DNA of 64,000 bases from Patescibacteria group bacterium (GTDB lineage: Bacteria; Patescibacteriota; Minisyncoccia; Phycocordibacterales; Phycocordibacteraceae): the NCBI GenBank assembly GCA_040384705.1, contig JAZKIU010000001.1, forward strand, positions 229,675 through 293,674, given 5' to 3'. Position numbers and translations under genes: made by a program. Below are positions 1 through 9,727 of the stretch, in pieces. The notes beneath the pieces are model-generated. The model saw nothing but the letters and a program-made list of their open reading frames with translations. It was not told the origin of the DNA and did not search any database. Every line of letters begins with the position of its first letter. Positions within the stretch are counted from its first letter, which is position 1.

Positions 1-2
1 CG

Positions 3-182
3 TATGGTTCGGGCGCTACGTCGGGAGGAAGCAGCGGGAATAGTGGGAGCGGGGTGACCACTGCGTCTCCTCCGATCGAGCCCTCACCAGCAGCTACCAC
101 TACCGTAGATGCAGAAGAGCCATCAGAAGGATTCTTCCTGTCGCTCTGGCACCGTATCGTGCTGTTCTTCGACTGGTTCTAG
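3..182 (+). CDS. Hypothetical protein, 5'-truncated at the window edge. It has a Gly/Ser-rich region and a hydrophobic C-terminus.
   Basis: An open frame runs from the window start to TAG at 180-182. Coding-like GC3 is the only other support. Confidence 0.3.
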   Translation, partial: YGSGATSGGSSGNSGSGVTTASPPIEPSPAATTTVDAEEPSEGFFLSLWHRIVLFFDWF

Positions 183-493
183 ACATACGAAGCATAGGGT
201 TCGGGCTTTCGGTGAGCAGTCTTCCTCGGACGCTTGGTGAGAACCATCGAGCCAATGAACAGCCCTATGAAGAACGAGAGGAGCGAGAACCCGATCGCGT
301 GGGGCATGAGGCTCGCGAAGAGCCATAGCCACCCCGCTACGAAGAAGTTGGCCATTCCCCATACTACGTTCAGGAGGGAACCCGAGGTCTTCCGGAAGGG
401 GGTTGGGTGCTCCTCTCCCACGATGCCTTTCACGAAATGCGGGACGCCATTGGCGAGGACGAGCCCGGCAAGAAGATAGAGGAGGTATGCCAT
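179..493 (-). CDS. Small hypothetical membrane protein, about 104 aa, with 2-3 predicted TM helices
   Basis: Track ORF with hydrophobic segments (LLYLLAGLVLA, FFVAGWLWLFASLM, LLSFFIGLFIGSMVL). It runs divergently from the next gene. No ribosome-binding site is recognisable. Confidence 0.4.
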   Translation of the reverse strand: MAYLLYLLAGLVLANGVPHFVKGIVGEEHPTPFRKTSGSLLNVVWGMANFFVAGWLWLFASLMPHAIGFSLLSFFIGLFIGSMVLTKRPRKTAHRKPEPYASYV

Positions 494-580
494 ATCCAGG
501 AAGCATTACGCATGAGGCATGAAGCGAGGGTGAACCGCAGCCATGGCGGAGCGGTCGTCGCTCGTGATAGGCTGTGCGCA

Positions 581-913
581 ATGAATCGCCGCTATATCCT
601 GTTGCTGGGAGCCCTTGGATTGGCGGCGCTTCTTCTTATAACGCCCGTAATCCTTCCGCCCGCGACCGATGCTATCCCTGAACCTGTTGCGAATCAGGGG
701 ATGCTAGCGGAAACGTACGTACGTGAGCATATCTCCGAGCTTTCGCCTCTTCCAGAGGTTCTGGGCGGCACGTTCTATGTAACCTCTATTCACGCTGATT
801 CCGGAGCGGGAATCGTGTCGTACGAGGACGGGCACAACGCGTATACGGCTGATTTCCGGTATGCAAGCGATTCCGGTAAGATAACCGTCACCTCCTTCGT
901 CATCAGGAAGTAG
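581..913 (+). CDS. Hypothetical secreted or membrane-anchored protein. The start is placed at the internal Met of track ORF 407..913.
   Basis: MNRRYILLLGALGLAALLLITPV reads as a signal or anchor sequence. The upstream part of the track ORF is Arg-rich and likely non-coding. Confidence 0.4.
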   Translation: MNRRYILLLGALGLAALLLITPVILPPATDAIPEPVANQGMLAETYVREHISELSPLPEVLGGTFYVTSIHADSGAGIVSYEDGHNAYTADFRYASDSGKITVTSFVIRK

Positions 914-982
914 CTGGCCGAACGCCCCATTCGGCCTCGTTCACGAACGATTAAGATTCAATACGCCAGACTAGCTCTATAT

Positions 983-1609
983 ATGTCACGCACCACAATA
1001 CTCATACTCATTGCCGTCGCCGTCCTATTCCTTATAGCCGCTGGCATCGCCATGTATCGTCTGGACGCCGATAGCAAGCGCGAAGTCGTCAATCAGTATC
1101 GCAGTTCGATGTTCACTCTTTCGTACCCGCTCGAGCTCGAGCTCGAGGAATCCTCGAATAGCACCATCGCCATCGGCTCTACCACGCCCCTGGGGTTCGA
1201 TGCCGCGGTCGTGGCCCATATCATTCCGCTCGAGTTCGTAGGCGATGCGACATTCGATTCGCTGGTTGAGGCGGAGCTAGTACGTCTTTGCACAGCCGAC
1301 AGCGCGACGGAGCGCGTGAGCTGCCCGACGATCGAATCGTCCAGCTCGCATGAGACCGCGGCAGGGGAGAGCGCAACCGAGTACTACCTCACGCTCGCGA
1401 GAACGAGCATCGCCACTGGCGAGACGGTGACCGAACGTTTCGGACCGATATATGTGTTCCCGGTATCGGCTGCGAAGGAAGAAGGAGAAGGTATCGATAT
1501 CTCCGCTCTCGTGCTGCATACCCCTCTTCCAGCTTTCCTCGAAAGAAGGGCCGACGGCGTGCTCCTGAGCTATATCACGGAGAAGCTCACTCGAGGCCCG
1601 AGGCGATAG
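983..1609 (+). CDS. Hypothetical signal-anchored protein, 208 aa
   Basis: It has an N-terminal TM segment (ILILIAVAVLFLIAAGIAMY). The rest is polar and acidic. Confidence 0.5.
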   Translation: MSRTTILILIAVAVLFLIAAGIAMYRLDADSKREVVNQYRSSMFTLSYPLELELEESSNSTIAIGSTTPLGFDAAVVAHIIPLEFVGDATFDSLVEAELVRLCTADSATERVSCPTIESSSSHETAAGESATEYYLTLARTSIATGETVTERFGPIYVFPVSAAKEEGEGIDISALVLHTPLPAFLERRADGVLLSYITEKLTRGPRR

Positions 1610-1675
1610 CCCCGTCCCCACCTGCCCTCCCGGCGGCACGGTACAATGAAAGGGTTATCCCATTAACCTATAGAC

Positions 1676-2101
1676 ATGCGTAACCTATTGAATTGCACGT
1701 GCAGCGATAAGTTCTCATCGCTCGCTCCGTTCCTGCTTCGTGTCGTCGTGGGCGCTATCTTCCTCGCGCACGGCTGGCAGAAGCTCTCGGGAGGGGTGGA
1801 CGGTACCGCTGGCTTCCTCGGCTCGCTCGGCTTCCCGGCTCCTGAGCTCTTTGCGGTGCTGCTCATCGCGGCGGAAGTCCTTGGCGGTGCGTTCCTCATC
1901 CTCGGTCTCTTCACGCACTGGGCGGCGAAGGTACTCGTCATCGTTTCCGCGGTCGCGCTCGTTTCCGTGCACCTCACGAAGGGTTTCTTCGTTGCAAGCG
2001 GCGGATACGAGTTCATCCTGCTCATCCTCGTGACCGTCATCTCAGTCATGATCACGGGCCCGGGACGGTGGTCCTTGGACTCCACGCTTAGGAAGCGCTA
2101 A
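1676..2101 (+). CDS. DoxX-family membrane protein
   Basis: It carries the FLAHGWQKL motif and four hydrophobic helices typical of DoxX. A terminator follows immediately. Confidence 0.75.
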   Translation: MRNLLNCTCSDKFSSLAPFLLRVVVGAIFLAHGWQKLSGGVDGTAGFLGSLGFPAPELFAVLLIAAEVLGGAFLILGLFTHWAAKVLVIVSAVALVSVHLTKGFFVASGGYEFILLILVTVISVMITGPGRWSLDSTLRKR

Positions 2102-2115
2102 GTCCTGTATCGAAG

Positions 2116-2145
2116 AAAAGCCCCGCCCAAGAGCGGGGCTTTTCT
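2116..2145 (+). terminator. Rho-independent terminator
   Basis: Hairpin AAAAGCCCCGC-CCAAGA-GCGGGGCTTTTCT. Confidence 0.7.
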
Positions 2146-2191
2146 CATGTGACTCGGGTGTATGCTTATTGCAGGACAGAGGGAGACGGCA

Positions 2192-2476
2192 ATGGATACA
2201 AACAAGCTGGTATTCGAGCAGTTCGGTCCCGACATAGGCAATGGTCGGAGGCAGTACGACATCCGCGTCGAAGCACATTCGCTAGCGACCTTCCCAGAGA
2301 CAGACGTGCTCAAGGGGCTGTATGAGTATTCTTCCATCGGGGCTCCGGGTAGTGAACTCATCGTAGTACGCAGGAACGGTGTCGCGATGATCGTAGAGAT
2401 GCCTGCTCGCCTACAGGACTACCAGGTGCAAGCGTTCGTGCGAGCCGTCGAACGAGAGACGTATTTCACGGGGTAA
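2192..2476 (+). CDS. Hypothetical small protein, about 94 aa
   Basis: A ribosome-binding site GAGGGAG sits 6 nt before ATG 2192. The gene is convergent with the polymerase gene. No family is recognised. Confidence 0.4.
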   Translation: MDTNKLVFEQFGPDIGNGRRQYDIRVEAHSLATFPETDVLKGLYEYSSIGAPGSELIVVRRNGVAMIVEMPARLQDYQVQAFVRAVERETYFTG

Positions 2477-2509
2477 AGAGCGGCTGCACGTAGCCGTTCT
2501 TATCATTTC

Positions 2510-3841
2510 CTAGTACACGTCGCCGAGCATCGGGAGCGAGAAGAGCTTCGGTCGCTTCTCCGCCTTGAAGAGCGAGGCCGGGCGGTACTTCGACATGCTT
2601 CCGATACCACTCCCGTCCGCGGATTGCTTCCGTGCCTTTACCGACTTCGCGCTCGAGCCAAGGTATATCGTGTCGCGGCCGTATTTCTCGGTGAGCTCGT
2701 CCACGTGCTCGAACAGCTGCGAGACCGCGTCATTACGGCCCGGCACGCTGAATATATCGAGCTGCTCGGGCTTCGCCTCGCGCAGTCCTGTGAGCGTGAT
2801 GCCGGTGGTGCGGTACCTGGTTCCTGTGCGATATACCTTGGCGAAGAACGGTTCGAGCGCATGGAGTATCTCGCCCGGGACGCTGGTCGGGCGGGGGAGC
2901 ACGAGGGTGTGCGTGCGATAGCGGAACTCGGATGACTTCAGGAAGAAGGAAAGACCGGTCGCGATGAGGTTATACCGTCTGGCCTTGCGGCACGCTCCCT
3001 CGATGTTCTTGGAAAGCTCCGAATACAGAAGCGAGGCGTCCGCGCTCGCCGGGCTGAAGGTCCGGGTCCTCTGTATGGAATGGTAGTCATCTTTCGTCTC
3101 GGTTACCAAGGGGAATACGAATTCACCGTTCAGCTCCCGCCACAGCTCGTGGATTGGTTTCGTTACCCGAGCACGCACCCATGCCTCGTCCTTCCGTGCG
3201 AGTTCGAGCGCGGTAGAGACGCCATGCTTGCGCAGCAATGCGCCCGTGTTCGGCCCAATGCCCCACACCTTTTCCACCGGGACCGTGGTCAGGAACTGAT
3301 CCTTCCCGAGAAGGGGAATGGCGGTGAATCCGTCGGGCTTCCTATAGTTGGAGCCTATCTTCGCGAGAACCTTCGTGCAGGAGAGCCCGACGGAGAACGT
3401 GATGTCGAGCTCCTGGAACAAATCCTTCTTTATTGAAAGCGCTATTTCCTCGTACGACTTGTTGAGCGTGCGACGGAGCCCGGTAATGTCCCCGAAGCAT
3501 TCATCGATACCGTATTCCTCTACCTCGGGTGTATATCGCCGCATTATCTCGTACATGCGGAGCGAGTAGAGGGTGTAGAGCTGATAGTCGGAGGAGATGA
3601 TGATCGCGTCCGGGCATATTTTCTTCACGTCCTTGAGCGGCACGCCGCGCGTGATGCCGCGGGCCTTCGCTTCATAGGTCGCAGCCGACACGATGCCGCG
3701 TTCCTTGCCGGTTACGACCGGTTTCCCGCGAAGCGATGGGTCCCGTGCCACCTCGCATGCGGCGAAGAAGCCATCGCCGTCGACATGAACGATCGCTCGG
3801 GGATAGTAGTAATTCTTACCCCACCCGACTTCGGTTGGCAT
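2510..3841 (-). CDS. Y-family DNA polymerase (UmuC/DinB-like translesion polymerase)
   Basis: The N-terminus AIVHVDGDGFFAACEVARDPSLRGKPVVTG matches the UmuC/DinB motif I. Palm and little-finger architecture follows. It lies directly downstream of lexA on the same strand. Confidence 0.85.
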   Translation of the reverse strand: MPTEVGWGKNYYYPRAIVHVDGDGFFAACEVARDPSLRGKPVVTGKERGIVSAATYEAKARGITRGVPLKDVKKICPDAIIISSDYQLYTLYSLRMYEIMRRYTPEVEEYGIDECFGDITGLRRTLNKSYEEIALSIKKDLFQELDITFSVGLSCTKVLAKIGSNYRKPDGFTAIPLLGKDQFLTTVPVEKVWGIGPNTGALLRKHGVSTALELARKDEAWVRARVTKPIHELWRELNGEFVFPLVTETKDDYHSIQRTRTFSPASADASLLYSELSKNIEGACRKARRYNLIATGLSFFLKSSEFRYRTHTLVLPRPTSVPGEILHALEPFFAKVYRTGTRYRTTGITLTGLREAKPEQLDIFSVPGRNDAVSQLFEHVDELTEKYGRDTIYLGSSAKSVKARKQSADGSGIGSMSKYRPASLFKAEKRPKLFSLPMLGDVY

Positions 3842-3958
3842 AGGAGAAGTTCCAGAAACGACGAGTCGGCTTCCGGGACACGCGGCGGAGCACGCGCTCG
3901 AAGCTACCGAGCTGATAGAGGGCGGGGGACATGGTTCGGGTAGTCATAGTTGTGGTGG

Positions 3959-4525
3959 TTAGTATTTGCGCACGACGGCGGTGACAACGGCTTCTATTGA
4001 AAGTTCTCCCTTGGGGTAGATCGGCTTGTACGCGGCGTTCGCAGGCTCGAGGAAATAGGAATCGTTCTTCTTGCGGAGATACTTCATCGTGTACTCGCCC
4101 TCGATTGATGCGATGACTATCTGGCCTGGCTTGTAGGTAGGATGGCGTTCGACAATGACGAGGTCGCCCGGACATATTCCCGCATCTATCATCGAGTCGC
4201 CCTTCACCTTGAGGATGTAGCTCGATTCCTTGTGCGGTGTGAGGTATTCATCGAAGTCCATGACGTCGAGGAGCTCCTCTTCTGCGGGCGACGGGAACCC
4301 GGCCTCGACGAGGCCGAGAAGGGGGGCACCTCGCATGAGCCTGCCGGGAATGATATGTCCTTCGCGATCCTTCTCGACGACGCCCGCCTCCACTAGCTTG
4401 CCTATGAGCTTGTACACGGCGTTCTTCGATTTGAAGCCGGTAAGCGCCATAAGCTCCTTGTAGCCCGGCATGCGCTTATGCCGCTCGTAGAACCCCGTTA
4501 CCTTCTTCTTGTACTCATCGAGCAT
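3959..4525 (-). CDS. lexA: LexA-like repressor with a winged helix-turn-helix and an S24 peptidase domain
   Basis: It has an HTH (KELMALTGFKSKNAVYKLIGKLVEAGVV) and an S24 domain with the catalytic GDSM and K motifs (KGDSMIDAGICPGDLVIV). The start is trimmed to the Met at 4525, which sits 16-27 nt downstream of a GAAC-N4-GTTC box. Confidence 0.85.
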   Translation of the reverse strand: MLDEYKKKVTGFYERHKRMPGYKELMALTGFKSKNAVYKLIGKLVEAGVVEKDREGHIIPGRLMRGAPLLGLVEAGFPSPAEEELLDVMDFDEYLTPHKESSYILKVKGDSMIDAGICPGDLVIVERHPTYKPGQIVIASIEGEYTMKYLRKKNDSYFLEPANAAYKPIYPKGELSIEAVVTAVVRKY

Positions 4526-4540
4526 AGTTTCAGTATAGGT

Positions 4541-4552
4541 GAACTCTGGTTC
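4541..4552. promoter_or_regulatory. Cheo-type SOS (LexA) box GAACTCTGGTTC
   Basis: A perfect GAAC-N4-GTTC palindrome lies immediately upstream of the lexA start codon. Confidence 0.6.
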
Positions 4553-4640
4553 ACCTGCAAGGAAACGTGGGGATAAGCATTCATCCATCCTTAATACGCC
4601 GCCTCGTATGGTGTCTTCATACTCGTAAGCACATCCATAT

Positions 4641-4820
4641 ATGGCCGACCCAGACCAGCTCCGTGACGATGCTGACCGTGCAGAAAGCGATGCCGCCGAG
4701 ACCGCAGAACAGCTTCGCCAAGCAGCGGAAGCAGCAGAAGCTGCTGAAGAAGCAGAACGACAAGCACGGGAGGAACGGGAAGAAGCGGATAGGCAGGCAG
4801 CTGCTGCGAACGACGGTTAA
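4641..4820 (+). CDS. Possible small acidic Ala/Glu-rich protein (59 aa) running divergently from lexA. Speculative.
   Basis: An ATG-to-TAA ORF missing from the track because it is under 60 aa. A strong bidirectional terminator follows it. There is no good ribosome-binding site and the sequence is low-complexity. Confidence 0.25.
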   Translation: MADPDQLRDDADRAESDAAETAEQLRQAAEAAEAAEEAERQAREEREEADRQAAAANDG

Positions 4821-4832
4821 TCTCTAGATAAG

Positions 4833-4870
4833 AAGAAAGCCTCGGCACCTTAGTGCCGAGGCTTTCTTTA
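4833..4870. terminator. Bidirectional rho-independent terminator between the small ORF and the acrB-like gene
   Basis: Hairpin GCCTCGGCAC-CTTA-GTGCCGAGGC with an A-run before it and a T-run after it. Confidence 0.7.
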
Positions 4871-4878
4871 CGAGTGAA

Positions 4879-7800
4879 TTACGCCACCGGAGCGAGAGGC
4901 TCGTCCTCCTTCGCGAAGCGCGCCTTCACCTCCTTGCCCGGCCAACGATGGTAGAGGACCGGGATGAGGATGAGCGTGAGTACCATGGAGAAGGAGAGGC
5001 CGAACATGATGGCGACCGCGAGCGGTCCCCATATCGCGGAGGCGAACGAGAGCGGGATCATACCGACCACGGTCACCACCGTGGTGAGGATGATAGGGCG
5101 GAAGCGCGATGAGGCCGCTGCGACCACGACATCGGTGAGCGTCTGGTTCGGATTGCTGCGGCCGATACGCGCGATCGAGTCCATGAGAATGATGGCGTGA
5201 TTGATGATGACGCCCGCGAGCGCGATGACGCCGAGCATGGACGGAAGCGAGAGCGCGGCTCCCGTGAGCATGAGGCCGAACAGAACGCCGATGAGCGAGA
5301 ACGGGATGATGGAAAGGAGATAGAAGGAGTGGCGGAAGGAGTTGAACTCGAGCACGAGGATGCCGAGCATGAGCGCGGCTCCGGCGAGGAGCGCGAGGCC
5401 GAGCTCCGCGAACGACTTATTCACGTCCTCGCTCTCGCCACCGATCTTCAGGTGCACGCCTTCAGGAAGCTGCTCCGCTTCGAGCTGCTTCTGGAACGCT
5501 TGGGATATCTGTATAGGATTCGCGCCGGTAGCGGCGTCCGCGGTGAGTGTCGAGATACGTGTCCCGTCCTCATGACGGATGACGGTGTTCGCTGGTTCGT
5601 ACGATATCGCAGCGATGGTGCCGAGCGGCACAGGGCCGCGCGTTCCGGGAACGGTGAGCTCACGCACCGCGTCGATGGTGACGTGCGTGGTTTCGGAAGG
5701 ATCGCGGTATGCCGGATTGAGATCGAGGCGCGTGCGCACTTCGATATCATCGTCTCCAGTGCGTATGTCGGTCGCCTTCGCGCCATAGAGCGCGGTACGG
5801 AGCGTGTCCGCTACCACGAGCGGGGAGACACCCTGCTCTGCCGCCTTCGCGGTATCGAGCTTCACCACGAACTCCGCACTATCGTCCCTCGTGCTCGTGT
5901 TCACGTTAGTCGCGCCCGGTATGGTTCCGAGGATACGTGCGCCTTGGTCCGCAGCTTCGGTAAGCGCGATGAGGTCATCGCCCTCGAAGGTGACGGAAAC
6001 TGCTGCGGACGTTGGAGGACCCCCTGACGGCTCGGACACGGTGACGCGCGCCGATGTGATAGGGCGCATCTTCGCGCGCAGCTCATCGACTATCTCCGCG
6101 CTCGTCTCCTTCCTGTCTTCCTTATCAACCAGGTTCACGGTGATATTGCCGGCGCGACTGCCTGAGAGCCCGCTCTGCGCGAAGTAGCTACCCGAGCCCA
6201 CCTCGGTCACGAAGGACTTGATGCGTGCATCGCTATACAGGAGTTCCTCGACCTCGCGTACCGAGAGATCGGTCTCCGAAAGTGCTGTGCCCTGCGGCTT
6301 CTCCACCTCGACCGTGATGATGCCGGAGTCCTCCCCTGGGAAGAAGACGACCTTCACCGCGCCGACCATAGGGAGGGCGAGCGACACGACGAGCAGGAGC
6401 GAGATGCCTATGAGGAAGCGGTTCTCTTTCTTCTTGTCGCCGAGAATGCCGCGAAGGACACGTTCGTACCATTCCTTGGCACGCTTGTTGTATTCCTCCT
6501 GGCGCTGCTCGAGCTTCGAGAGGGAAGGGCGGATGATGTACATCGACAGGAGCGGAACGAACCCGAGCGCCACGAAGATGGAGGCGAGAAGCACGAAGAT
6601 AACGGTGTAGGGAATCGATGCGAGGTACTTACCGACGATGCCCGAGATGAAGAAGAGCGGGACGAACACGGCGATGGTTGTGAACGTACCAGCGAACAAA
6701 GGCCATGCGTATTCCTTGATAGCAGCGCGCGCGGATTTCTCCTTATCGCCGTTCTCGACGAAATGCGTATGAATGGCTTCCACCACCACGATGCCGGAGT
6801 CCACGAGGATACCGATGGCGAGGATGAGCGAGAAGAGCGATATGAAATTGATCGTGTTGCCCGACGCCGCGATGCCGATGAACGCGATGAGGAAGGAGAG
6901 CGGGATGGAGGCTGCCGCTGCGAGCGACTCGCGCCAGCCGAGCGTGAAGAAGAGCATGAGCATCACGAGCGCGATGGTCTCGAGGCCGACGTTCGTGAGC
7001 TCGGTAAGGTCATGCTGCACGTCTTCCGACGCGTCGTACGAGATGACGGTCTTCGTTCCTTCAAGCGTCGTGCTCTCGAGCTCCTTGAGCTTCTCCTTCA
7101 CCTTGTCGCCCATCTCGACGACGTTCCCGCCGCGGCTCTTGAATACGGATATGGAAAGCGCGGGCGCTGACGGCGCACCTTCAACCGAGACGCGCGAATG
7201 GGTGACGGCATCCTCAAGACCATCGACCACCTTCGCGACATCGCGGACATGGAGCACGCTACCGGAAGGCCCCGCAAGCGCGATATTCCCGACCTGCTCG
7301 GTGCCTGAGAGTCCCGCTTCAAGACGGACCGCGTACGCGATGTCGTCGACGGTGATGGAGCCGAGCGGGGAGGCGACGCCCGATGCGCGTATCGCGTTTG
7401 TGACGTCGGAAAGGGAAAGTCCGTACTGACGGAGCTTGGACTGCTCGACGATAACGTCCACCTGGCGCTCGCGGACTCCTGAAAGCGCGACCGAAGAGAC
7501 GCTCGGCACGCGCTCGAGCTCGTCCTTCACTATGGTGCCGACCGCAGTCAATTCCGCAGGGGTGAGCTCGCCCGCGATCGAAGCGATGATTATAGGCTGG
7601 TCCGCGAAGTTCACGTCGGTGACCGAGGGATCCTCGGCTTCGGTAGGGAGCTCAGGGCTCACCTTGTCCACCTCGTCCTTGAGGAGCTGGATGGACTTGT
7701 CGATATCAGCCGACGCCGCGAACTCGACCGTGATAGAAGAGACGCCCTCGCCGGAAGTGGAAGTCACCTTCGTAACGTTCTCCACGCCCAGTACCCGGTC

Positions 7801-8007
7801 CTCTATCTTATTCGTGATGAGGCGCTCTACGTCCTCGCTCGAGGCGCCCGGGAGGACGGTGGTGACGATACCGATAGGTATTTGTATCTCTGGAGAGGAT
7901 TCCTTCGGAATGGCGGCCGCGGCATAGGCGCCCGCAAGGATAAGCACCGCCCCCATAAGGATGGTGAAGTGGTGCTTATGGATGAAGAAGAGCCAGAACT
8001 TCGTCAT
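4879..8007 (-). CDS. RND-family efflux transporter (AcrB/HAE-like), 1042 aa
   Basis: It has 12 TM segments in two halves plus large periplasmic loops. Its length and motifs are typical of AcrB-family pumps. Confidence 0.9.
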   Translation of the reverse strand: MTKFWLFFIHKHHFTILMGAVLILAGAYAAAAIPKESSPEIQIPIGIVTTVLPGASSEDVERLITNKIEDRVLGVENVTKVTSTSGEGVSSITVEFAASADIDKSIQLLKDEVDKVSPELPTEAEDPSVTDVNFADQPIIIASIAGELTPAELTAVGTIVKDELERVPSVSSVALSGVRERQVDVIVEQSKLRQYGLSLSDVTNAIRASGVASPLGSITVDDIAYAVRLEAGLSGTEQVGNIALAGPSGSVLHVRDVAKVVDGLEDAVTHSRVSVEGAPSAPALSISVFKSRGGNVVEMGDKVKEKLKELESTTLEGTKTVISYDASEDVQHDLTELTNVGLETIALVMLMLFFTLGWRESLAAAASIPLSFLIAFIGIAASGNTINFISLFSLILAIGILVDSGIVVVEAIHTHFVENGDKEKSARAAIKEYAWPLFAGTFTTIAVFVPLFFISGIVGKYLASIPYTVIFVLLASIFVALGFVPLLSMYIIRPSLSKLEQRQEEYNKRAKEWYERVLRGILGDKKKENRFLIGISLLLVVSLALPMVGAVKVVFFPGEDSGIITVEVEKPQGTALSETDLSVREVEELLYSDARIKSFVTEVGSGSYFAQSGLSGSRAGNITVNLVDKEDRKETSAEIVDELRAKMRPITSARVTVSEPSGGPPTSAAVSVTFEGDDLIALTEAADQGARILGTIPGATNVNTSTRDDSAEFVVKLDTAKAAEQGVSPLVVADTLRTALYGAKATDIRTGDDDIEVRTRLDLNPAYRDPSETTHVTIDAVRELTVPGTRGPVPLGTIAAISYEPANTVIRHEDGTRISTLTADAATGANPIQISQAFQKQLEAEQLPEGVHLKIGGESEDVNKSFAELGLALLAGAALMLGILVLEFNSFRHSFYLLSIIPFSLIGVLFGLMLTGAALSLPSMLGVIALAGVIINHAIILMDSIARIGRSNPNQTLTDVVVAAASSRFRPIILTTVVTVVGMIPLSFASAIWGPLAVAIMFGLSFSMVLTLILIPVLYHRWPGKEVKARFAKEDEPLAPVA

Positions 8008-8014
8008 GCGTTCG

Positions 8015-9616
8015 TTACGGCGCGATGGTTACCTTCTGGCCTGCGGCGAGCCCGCGTGCGTCGGTGACGATGCGTAGCTCGAGCGGGAGGTTGGTGCGCA
8101 CCTCTATGCGGTCACCACGGACTTCGAACACCTCGACTTCGTTCGCGATGAGCGCGCCCTCTGCGTCGACGGTGAAGACGATGCGCTTGTCGCCTGAAAG
8201 CTTCACGGCCGAAAGGGGAAGGAGTGCGGGGCCTGCAGGGACGCCGACCTCTTCCTTCTTGGGTGCCTGGTTCGGGAGTGCGATACGTACCGACTGGCCG
8301 TTCACGATTCCTCCTGCGCTCGCCGCATCAACGGCAACATGCACTTCTATGAGCTTCGTGGTTGGGTCAAGCGCTGGAGCTATGGAGGTCACGATGCCGG
8401 GGATGTCGTCCTCGACGGTGACCTTGGTGCCTGCGGCAAGGAGCGCGCGGTCGTCTTCGCCCACATATGCCACTATCTCGAGCGCGCCGTTCTGGGCAAC
8501 GGTCGCGACGTGCGTGAACGCGGTGACATAGTCACCGACGCGTATAGGAAGGAAGTTCACCTGGCCGCCGATAGGAGCGCGTACCACGGTCTTCTCGAGC
8601 TGCGCCTGCGCGGCTCGGAGCCCGCCGAGCGCGGTCTTCACCGACGCGTCCGCGCTCGCGACCTCGCCGCTGCGTGAATCCGTCTGGTGGCCCGCTACCG
8701 CTTCGGCGGCCTGTGCCGCACGTAGCGCATCGCGCTCTGCCGATAGCGTCGCGAGGAGACCATCGACGTCCGCGCGAGCCGCCGCAAGGTTCGCTTTCTG
8801 GATAGCGGTCGCGCCTGAGCTAGCAGGGGCAGCGATACGGGAAAGGTCTACGAGAAAGGCTGATGTGCGGTTCGTGATACGTTCCGCCTCCGCAAGCAGC
8901 GCTTCAGGATTCTTGGTGCTTGAGGTATCGAGTGCATAGCGCCACGCCTGCATCTCATCACGACGGAGCGCGGAGAATTCACTTCGAACGCTCGCGTTGG
9001 AACCCCCCGAGATGTTAAGCACCGGACTTATGGATGTGCCGCTGAAGAAGCTCTGCGCCTCGTTCGTCAAGAGGCTATCAAGGGTCGTGTACGCGGTGCG
9101 GTACGTGTTACGCGCAGAGGTCTCCGCTTCCTCGAGGGATTCCTCGGTATTAGCTGCTTGGACCTGCGTGATGGAGCGCGCAGCGAGCGCGCTTTCGTAG
9201 GCTCCCTCGGCCTGAAGGACCGCAGCCCGCTCGCTCGAGTTCTCGAGGCTTGCGATGACATATCCAGCAGGAACGTTCCCGCCAAGCTTGGCGTTCACGC
9301 TCCGTACGGTCCCTCCTGACTGCGCGAGGACGTCTGCTTCCGTTATCGAGCGCACGGTACCGAGGATGCTGACGGAATCGCCCTGTCCTGAAAGCTCACC
9401 CACGGTCGCGAGCGTGACGGTGCGGAGTTGGTTACCAGCATCGTGCGCGCCATCCTGACGCAGGAGCGTGATGCCCGCTATGAGGAGGACAGCAAGAAGG
9501 ATCGCGAGAGCGATCTGCTGCCACTTCTTGAGGCCGCGATACCGACGCCACGAGGCAACGGAGAACGCGCGAGTCCGAAGCGCCGTACGGCGTAGAAAGT
9601 TGATGAGAGACTGCAT
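8015..9616 (-). CDS. Efflux periplasmic adaptor (HlyD-family membrane fusion protein) with a long coiled-coil
   Basis: It has an N-terminal TM anchor, an Ala/Glu-rich coiled-coil insert, and a C-terminal beta-barrel and lipoyl-like region. It lies immediately upstream of the RND gene. Confidence 0.8.
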   Translation of the reverse strand: MQSLINFLRRTALRTRAFSVASWRRYRGLKKWQQIALAILLAVLLIAGITLLRQDGAHDAGNQLRTVTLATVGELSGQGDSVSILGTVRSITEADVLAQSGGTVRSVNAKLGGNVPAGYVIASLENSSERAAVLQAEGAYESALAARSITQVQAANTEESLEEAETSARNTYRTAYTTLDSLLTNEAQSFFSGTSISPVLNISGGSNASVRSEFSALRRDEMQAWRYALDTSSTKNPEALLAEAERITNRTSAFLVDLSRIAAPASSGATAIQKANLAAARADVDGLLATLSAERDALRAAQAAEAVAGHQTDSRSGEVASADASVKTALGGLRAAQAQLEKTVVRAPIGGQVNFLPIRVGDYVTAFTHVATVAQNGALEIVAYVGEDDRALLAAGTKVTVEDDIPGIVTSIAPALDPTTKLIEVHVAVDAASAGGIVNGQSVRIALPNQAPKKEEVGVPAGPALLPLSAVKLSGDKRIVFTVDAEGALIANEVEVFEVRGDRIEVRTNLPLELRIVTDARGLAAGQKVTIAP

Positions 9617-9727
9617 ATACCTATATATTGTGTATCACTTTTGGATGTAAGTCAATTTTACCATACTTGTATGGTTTTTCAATGACGTTCGGTAGATTTT
9701 CCCCAGCCTATAGGCGACAATGAGGGA

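Noticed and set aside
5197-6027. Long ORFs antisense to or overlapping confident genes (for example 5197..6027+, 10846..11847-, 21602..22915-, 44747..46003-, 16382..17317-, 57654..58592-, 51714..52808-, 61253..62146-)
   Set aside because: They are a typical artefact of high GC and the scarcity of stop codons on the antisense strand. Their compositions are Arg/Pro/Ser/Ala-rich with no domain signatures, and each overlaps a confidently identified gene.
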